Below, piece by piece: positions 27,142-32,000 of a stretch of 32,000 nucleotides of DNA. The notes beneath the pieces are model-generated. The model worked only from the letters and a program-made list of their open reading frames with translations. It was not told where the DNA came from and made no database searches. The translations under genes were made by a program, and so were the position numbers. Source of the stretch: Gemmata obscuriglobus (GTDB taxonomy: Bacteria > Planctomycetota > Planctomycetia > Gemmatales > Gemmataceae); contig NZ_CP042911.1 in NCBI RefSeq assembly GCF_008065095.1, positions 2,610,001 to 2,642,000 of the forward strand, in the 5' to 3' direction. Positions within the stretch are counted from its first letter, which is position 1. The number at the start of each line of letters is the position of its first letter.

Positions 27142-30135
27142 GTGCCCGCCACCCTCTCCGCCACCGTACTAATCATCGAAGACGATCCCGGAATTGCCGC
27201 GCTGGAACTGGACCGGCTCGAGGAGGCCGGGTACCAGTGCGTCACGGCGGCCGACCCGGGCGAAGCGTTCGAGGCCCTTCGGTCCCAGGGCATCGACCTG
27301 ATCCTGCTCGACTACCGCCTGCCGGGCGGGATGAACGGGCTCCAGTTTTACGACCGGATGAGGGCCGCCGGGTACGACCAGCCGGTGATCCTGGTGACCG
27401 GGTTCGGCAACGAGGCCACCGTGATCCAGGCGCTGCGGGTCGGGGTCCGGGATTTCGTCACCAAGTCGCTGGAGTACCTGGACTACCTGCCGGACGCGGT
27501 GGGCCGCGTGCTCGGGCAGGTGCGCACCGAGCACCAACTGGCGGGCATCATCGAGTCGGCCCGGGACGCGATCATCAGCACCGATCTGGACCGCCGGGTG
27601 ACGGTGTTCAACCCGGCGGCCGAGCGCATGTTCCGGTGCCCGGCGGGCGCCGCGCTGGGCCGCCCGGTCACCGAGTTCGTACCCGACGAGTCGCTCGCCG
27701 CCGGCGCCCCCGGGGACACGCCGCCGCTGGCCGCGCGCCCGGGGGCGTGGGGGGTGCGGGCCGGCGGCAAGCGGTTCCCGGTCGAGGTGTCGGTGTCGCG
27801 CGGCGACGACCGGGGGCGGCGGTTCTACACGCTGATCGTGCGGGACGTGACCGACCGGGTGCGCATGGAGGACGAGTTGCGGCGCACCGCGGGGCTGCTG
27901 TCCGCGGTCGTCGAGGGGACCACGGACGCGGTGTTCGTCAAGGACCGGGAGGGGCGGTACCTGCTGGCGAACCCGGCCACCGCGGCGTTCCTGCGGCGCC
28001 CGGCCGAGGACATCATCGGCCGCACCGACGCCGAACTGATGCCCCCGGACGAGGCGCGCCAGGTGCGCGCGCACGACCTCCAGGCGATGGCCGCGGACCG
28101 GGCCGTGTCGATCGAGGAGCAGTTGGTGCTGGGCGGGACGCGGCACGCGTTCCTGTCCACCAAGGCCGCCTACCGCACGGCCTCGGGGGCGGTGGTCGGG
28201 GTGATCGGCATTTCCCGCGACGTGACCGAGCGAAACCGGCTGGCGACCGAGCGGGACGCGCTCCTCGCCCGGCTCCAGCTCCAGATCGGCCGGATGCCGC
28301 TCGCGTACGTGCTGTTCGACACGGACCTGCGAATAGTCGATTGGAACCCGGCCGCCGAGCGCATGTTCGGCTACACGCGGGAGGAGGCCCTCGGGCGCGA
28401 CGGACTCGAGCTGGCCGCACCGTCCTTCCGGCCGACCGCCGAACGGCTGCTCGGCCGCATCCGGGGCGGGGACATGACGGTTCACCCGGTCGGCGAGAAC
28501 GTGCGCAAGGACGGCCGGGTGATCGTGTGCGAGTGGTACAACACCCCGCTCATGGACCCGGACGGGCGGTACACCGGGCTGTTGAGCCTGGGGCAGGACG
28601 TGACCGCGCGGGTGGCGGCCGAGGAGGCGCTGCGGCAGCGGGACCGGGCGATCCACGCCGTGACCCAGGGGATCGTCATCACCGACGCCCGGCGGCCGGG
28701 CCACCCGATCGTGTTCGTGAGCCCCGGGTTCGAGCGGCTCACCGGGTACTCGGCGGCCGAGGCGCTGGGCCGCAACTGCCGGTTCCTCCAGGGCAAAGAC
28801 ACGGACCCGGCGGCCGTGGACCGGCTCCGGGACGCGCTGCGGGACGAGCGCGCGTGTACGGTGGAGCTGCTCAACTACCGCAAGGACGGCACCGCGTTCT
28901 GGAACGAGCTGTCGCTGTCCCCGGTGCGGGACGGCGGGGACCGGGTGACCCAGTTCGTCGGGGTGCTGACCGACGTGACCCAGCGCCGCGCGCTGGAGGA
29001 GCAGTTCCGCCAGGCCCAGAAGATGGAGGCCATCGGGCAGCTCGCCGGGGGCATCGCGCACGACTTCAACAACCTGCTCACCGTCATCAACGGGTTCAGC
29101 GAGCTGACCCTCCGCCAACTGCCCACCGACGACCCCTGCCAGCCGCTCGTGACCGAGATCCGCGACGCCGGCGAGCGGGCCACCCGGCTCACCCGCAAGC
29201 TGCTCACGTTCAGCCGCAAGGAGGTCGTGGAGCCGGTGGTGCTGGACCTGAACGCGACCGTCGACGGCGCGCGCGGGATGCTCCGCTGGCTGCTCGGCGA
29301 GGGGGTGCGGCTCGTGGTAAAGTCGGACCCGAGGCTGGACCGGGTGCGGGCCGACGCCGGGCACGTCGAACAGGTGATCCTGAACCTCGCGGTGAACGCC
29401 CGGGACGCCATGCCGCACGGCGGCACCCTGACCGTCGGCACCGCCAACGTCACGTCCGACGGGCCGAGCGGCCCCGGCCGGGTGCCCGCGGGCCGGTACG
29501 TGCGGCTCTCGGTGGCCGACACCGGGGTGGGCATGACCGAGGAGATCCAGGCCAAGATCTTCGAACCGTTTTTCACCACCAAGGCGATCGGCCAGGGCAC
29601 CGGGCTCGGGCTGTCCACGGTGTACGGGATCGTCCAGCAAACGGGCGGGCACATCCGCGTGACCAGCGCCCCGGGGCGCGGGGCCACGTTCGAGGTGTAC
29701 TTCCCGTCGGCCGGCCGGGACCCCGCCGACGCACAAGCGGCGCACGCGGCGGAGCCCGGCGGGCCGACCGGGCGGGGAACGGTGCTGGTGGTGGAGGACG
29801 ACGACCGGGTGCGGCGGCTCGCCCGCATCGCGCTCCAGCGGTTCGGGTACACGGTGCTGGACGCGCCCAGCGCCGAGGAGGCCCTGCGGGTGTGCGAGCG
29901 CCCGGAGCCGCCGATCGATCTGCTGCTCACGGACGTGGTGATGCCCGGGATGGGCGGGCGCGAGCTGGCGGAGGTGGTGGCCCGGTTGCGCCCCGGGATC
30001 AAGGTGCTGTACGTGAGCGGGTACGCGGACGACGCGGTGGTCCGGCACGGGGTGCTCCGCGCCGAGGTGGCGTTCCTCCAGAAGCCGTTCACCCCCGCCG
30101 CGCTCGCCGAAAAGGTCCGCTCCGTTCTGGAATGA
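27142..30135 (+). CDS. Hybrid sensor kinase: REC - 3 PAS - LOV - HisKA - HATPase_c - REC
   Basis: GTG at 27142 with AGGAG 6 nt upstream. N-terminal REC (VLIIEDDPGIA..LILLDYRLPG), three PAS-like modules, a LOV module (GRNCRFLQGKDTD, NYRKDGTAFWNELSLSPV), the H-box IAHDFNNLLTVI, NLAVNARDAM, DTGVGM, GTGLGLS, and a C-terminal REC (VLVVEDDD..LLLTDVVMPGMGG). Confidence 0.93.
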   Translation: MPATLSATVLIIEDDPGIAALELDRLEEAGYQCVTAADPGEAFEALRSQGIDLILLDYRLPGGMNGLQFYDRMRAAGYDQPVILVTGFGNEATVIQALRVGVRDFVTKSLEYLDYLPDAVGRVLGQVRTEHQLAGIIESARDAIISTDLDRRVTVFNPAAERMFRCPAGAALGRPVTEFVPDESLAAGAPGDTPPLAARPGAWGVRAGGKRFPVEVSVSRGDDRGRRFYTLIVRDVTDRVRMEDELRRTAGLLSAVVEGTTDAVFVKDREGRYLLANPATAAFLRRPAEDIIGRTDAELMPPDEARQVRAHDLQAMAADRAVSIEEQLVLGGTRHAFLSTKAAYRTASGAVVGVIGISRDVTERNRLATERDALLARLQLQIGRMPLAYVLFDTDLRIVDWNPAAERMFGYTREEALGRDGLELAAPSFRPTAERLLGRIRGGDMTVHPVGENVRKDGRVIVCEWYNTPLMDPDGRYTGLLSLGQDVTARVAAEEALRQRDRAIHAVTQGIVITDARRPGHPIVFVSPGFERLTGYSAAEALGRNCRFLQGKDTDPAAVDRLRDALRDERACTVELLNYRKDGTAFWNELSLSPVRDGGDRVTQFVGVLTDVTQRRALEEQFRQAQKMEAIGQLAGGIAHDFNNLLTVINGFSELTLRQLPTDDPCQPLVTEIRDAGERATRLTRKLLTFSRKEVVEPVVLDLNATVDGARGMLRWLLGEGVRLVVKSDPRLDRVRADAGHVEQVILNLAVNARDAMPHGGTLTVGTANVTSDGPSGPGRVPAGRYVRLSVADTGVGMTEEIQAKIFEPFFTTKAIGQGTGLGLSTVYGIVQQTGGHIRVTSAPGRGATFEVYFPSAGRDPADAQAAHAAEPGGPTGRGTVLVVEDDDRVRRLARIALQRFGYTVLDAPSAEEALRVCERPEPPIDLLLTDVVMPGMGGRELAEVVARLRPGIKVLYVSGYADDAVVRHGVLRAEVAFLQKPFTPAALAEKVRSVLE

Positions 30136-30144
30136 CGCGCGCGG

Positions 30145-31167
30145 CTACTTTTCGGCGACCGTGAACCGTGTGATTCGCCCCTTCGGCCCGACGGCCCACC
30201 CTTCACCGGTCGCCGTGAGCCCGACGCTGTTGTACTTTTCCTTGTCGAGCGGCGCCCAGGTCGCGCCGTCGTCCGGTGACACCTCCGCGCCCGACGTGCC
30301 CACCGCGACCCACCGATCCTTCGCCCAGGCGACCGCGGACCGGAACGGCAGCGGCTTCTTGACGACCGCCCACGTTTTCCCGCCGTCACTCGTCACCGCG
30401 ACGGTTCCGGCGGTGTCGTCGGGCTTGCGGTAGTCGCCGCCGACGATCACCCCGTGGTCCCGGTCCCGGAAAGCGAGCCCGAACGCGCCGGCCGACGCGC
30501 CCCCGGCCAGGAGGGGTAATTCGACGACGGTCCAGGTCTGTCCCCGGTCGGTCGAGTGAAACGCCCGCGCGACTTTGGCCCCGCCGGTGCAGAACCAAAC
30601 GTCTTTCTCGCCGCGGGCGATGAGGCAGGTGCCGCTGGCCGCGAACGCGCCCTCGCCGGCCAGCGCCTCGGGCCGGCTCTTCTCCGGTAGCGGCTCCCAG
30701 GTGGCGCCGCTGTCAGTGGTCGTGAGCAACTGGAACCGCCCGTTCACCGGGTCACCGAAGGCGATCCCGGTCTTCTCGTCCCAGAACGCGATGGCGTCGA
30801 GGAACCCTTGCGGCTCGGGGTTCTTGAACTGAAGGACCCAGGTCTTGCCGCCGTCGGTCGTTTTGTAGATACGCGAGTCCGCGCCCGGGCCGGCGCTCAT
30901 CAGATAGGCGGTGCCCGCTCCGAACGCCTCTACGTCCCGGAAGTCGAGCTTCTCGGCCCCGGGAACGGTCCCGGCGGTCCAGGTGGCCCCTCCGTTCGTG
31001 GTGCGCCCGAACGTGCCCTTCGTGCCGCTGACCCACGCGACTTTCGGCTCCACGACGCACAGCCCGCGGAAGTCGGCGTCCGTTTTGATCGTTTGCGGCT
31101 GCCACTGCCCGGACGCGCCGGGCGCGCACAGCCCGAGGAGCGCCGCGGCGCCGAGTGCCAGTTTCAT
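30145..31167 (-). CDS. Secreted BNR/Asp-box repeat beta-propeller protein (Ycf48/sialidase-like fold)
   Basis: Signal peptide MKLALGAAALLGLCAPGASG. Six SxDxGxTW-type boxes: TTNGGATW, TTDGGKTW, TTDSGATW, STDRGQTW, TSDGGKTW and SPDDGATW. Its stop lies 9 nt from the convergent kinase stop. Confidence 0.85.
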   Translation of the reverse strand: MKLALGAAALLGLCAPGASGQWQPQTIKTDADFRGLCVVEPKVAWVSGTKGTFGRTTNGGATWTAGTVPGAEKLDFRDVEAFGAGTAYLMSAGPGADSRIYKTTDGGKTWVLQFKNPEPQGFLDAIAFWDEKTGIAFGDPVNGRFQLLTTTDSGATWEPLPEKSRPEALAGEGAFAASGTCLIARGEKDVWFCTGGAKVARAFHSTDRGQTWTVVELPLLAGGASAGAFGLAFRDRDHGVIVGGDYRKPDDTAGTVAVTSDGGKTWAVVKKPLPFRSAVAWAKDRWVAVGTSGAEVSPDDGATWAPLDKEKYNSVGLTATGEGWAVGPKGRITRFTVAEK

Positions 31168-31241
31168 AAAGCGGTTCCCGAAGGGACGGTGTTACAGACT
31201 TCGGCGTTCAGTCTACCGCACCCGCGGGCCGGAACCGAGGC

Positions 31242-31424
31242 TCAATCGGCGTCGCCGCCGCCCCACTCGCTCGTGTCCCACTCGACCGAGTAGTGAACGT
31301 GGGCGCTCGGCTGCACCGCCGCGGCGCTCGGCTGCCGGGTGTCGTGGCCGGCGTACCCGTCCTGTGACCCCGCCGGCTGTGCGCCCGCCCCGTCGGGCGT
31401 GCCGCTTCGTGTTTCATCGCGCAT
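31242..31424 (-). CDS. Small acidic hypothetical protein (60 aa)
   Basis: ATG at 31424 with GGAGG 7 nt upstream. Third codon positions are almost all G/C. The sequence is low-complexity with the C-terminus HYSVEWDTSEWGGGDAD. I recognise no family. Confidence 0.45.
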   Translation of the reverse strand: MRDETRSGTPDGAGAQPAGSQDGYAGHDTRQPSAAAVQPSAHVHYSVEWDTSEWGGGDAD

Positions 31425-31654
31425 GTTATCGCCTCCGACGAGGTTAGCTTGGCTTCGGGCGTCCCGCCGGCACGGCGCCGGCACCTCTTATATCGTGCGG
31501 GTTGGTGAATTGCTTGCGGACAAGTTCGCGCACTTCCGCGGGTGGCCGCCGGTACGACCCGCAGGCCCGTCAGGGGCGCGTAAGCCCCCGCCCGCCCGCA
31601 GGTATCCTCGCGCGCCTCGTTCCCCCCTCGCGCGCGATGTGCTTAAATAGCGTC

Positions 31655-32000
31655 ATGACCCGCTTCATCCTCCCACTGCTGGTGCTGCTCGCGTCGTGTG
31701 CCCCGGCGCTCGCGCACCCGCTGCCGAACTTCCGGTACGACCGCGAACTCGACGTGCGGCTCAGCGCGCGAACGGTCGAGGTGCGGTACGTGCTGCTCGT
31801 CAGCTTCTGGACCATGTTCACCGATAGCCAGAAGCTGTTCACGCCCGAAGAGATCGAGCAGATGGGCGGCAAGCTGCGCGAGGTGAGCCGCCGGTACTGT
31901 GAGAAGATGGCGCCGCTCATGGCGCAGGCGCTCGAGGCGAAGCTGGGGGGCGCCGCGCTCCAGTTCCGGGCCACGAAGCTGGACGTTGAGCAGGACCGCG
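31655..32000 (+). CDS. Secreted hypothetical protein, 3' end cut by the window edge
   Basis: The ATG at 31655 (or the in-frame ATG at 31637) opens a stop-free, strongly GC3-biased frame running to the window end. Signal peptide MTRFILPLLVLLASCAPALAHP. It is missing from the ORF track only because it has no stop in the window. Confidence 0.6.
   Translation, partial: MTRFILPLLVLLASCAPALAHPLPNFRYDRELDVRLSARTVEVRYVLLVSFWTMFTDSQKLFTPEEIEQMGGKLREVSRRYCEKMAPLMAQALEAKLGGAALQFRATKLDVEQDR

Noticed and set aside
26277-30164. A 1295-aa + strand ORF and a 959-aa minus-strand ORF (27169-30048) overlapping the kinase/receiver genes
   Set aside because: Both are out-of-frame or antisense shadows of genes with unambiguous HisKA, HATPase, REC, PAS and LOV motifs. 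Their translations are Arg/Pro/Gly-rich with no motifs.
31570-31974. 134-aa minus-strand ORF
   Set aside because: It is Ser-rich shadow sequence opposite a + strand frame that has a clear signal peptide, strong GC3 bias and no stop up to the window end.

Overview
This is a visibly high-G+C chromosomal segment that is densely coding, with about 27 supportable CDSs. It mixes housekeeping, envelope/secreted and signalling genes. I found no rRNA, tRNA, CRISPR array, transposase, integrase or phage gene. Protein styles suggest a Planctomycetota (Gemmata-like) host, but this is inference only: a PEP-CTERM protein, a Hanks kinase fused to TPR repeats, a secreted Tyr-Tyr-repeat protein, and long intergenic regions with perfect GC hairpins.

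In order, the window holds:
- a class II photolyase (5' cut by the window edge)
- ahcY with a leader that looks like an SAH riboswitch
- a Ser/Thr kinase-TPR gene plus a tail-anchored Pro-rich protein
- a Zn-ribbon protein, and an N-terminal-half UvrC (Cho-like) nuclease
- fasciclin, BON and DUF4337-like proteins, and a GT-C-like membrane protein
- a PEP-CTERM protein, a Rieske oxygenase, ribE and rsmA
- a YY-repeat secreted protein, tpx, and an exported Cys-rich four-helix-bundle (Csp-like) protein
- an RdgC-like protein with an upstream mini-gene, DUF72, and a GDE-type glycogen debranching enzyme
- a translationally coupled three-gene signalling cassette: CHASE3 kinase, stand-alone receiver, and a REC-PASx3-LOV-HK-REC hybrid kinase
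- a BNR/Asp-box propeller protein, a small acidic ORF, and a 3'-truncated secreted protein

Many long ORFs in the supplied track are antisense or out-of-frame shadows typical of high-GC DNA, and several real genes start well inside the listed ORF.

I did not find an unmistakable new multi-gene system. The most interesting signals are:
- the SAH-riboswitch-like pseudoknot (1681-1762)
- the LOV module inside the hybrid kinase
- a ~530-nt lower-GC, hairpin-rich non-coding region upstream of the kinase gene (6670-7202), which could be an ncRNA
- several operator-like repeats and structured leaders upstream of tpx, the RdgC-like gene and rsmA

All family calls come from motif recognition by eye, not from database searches.
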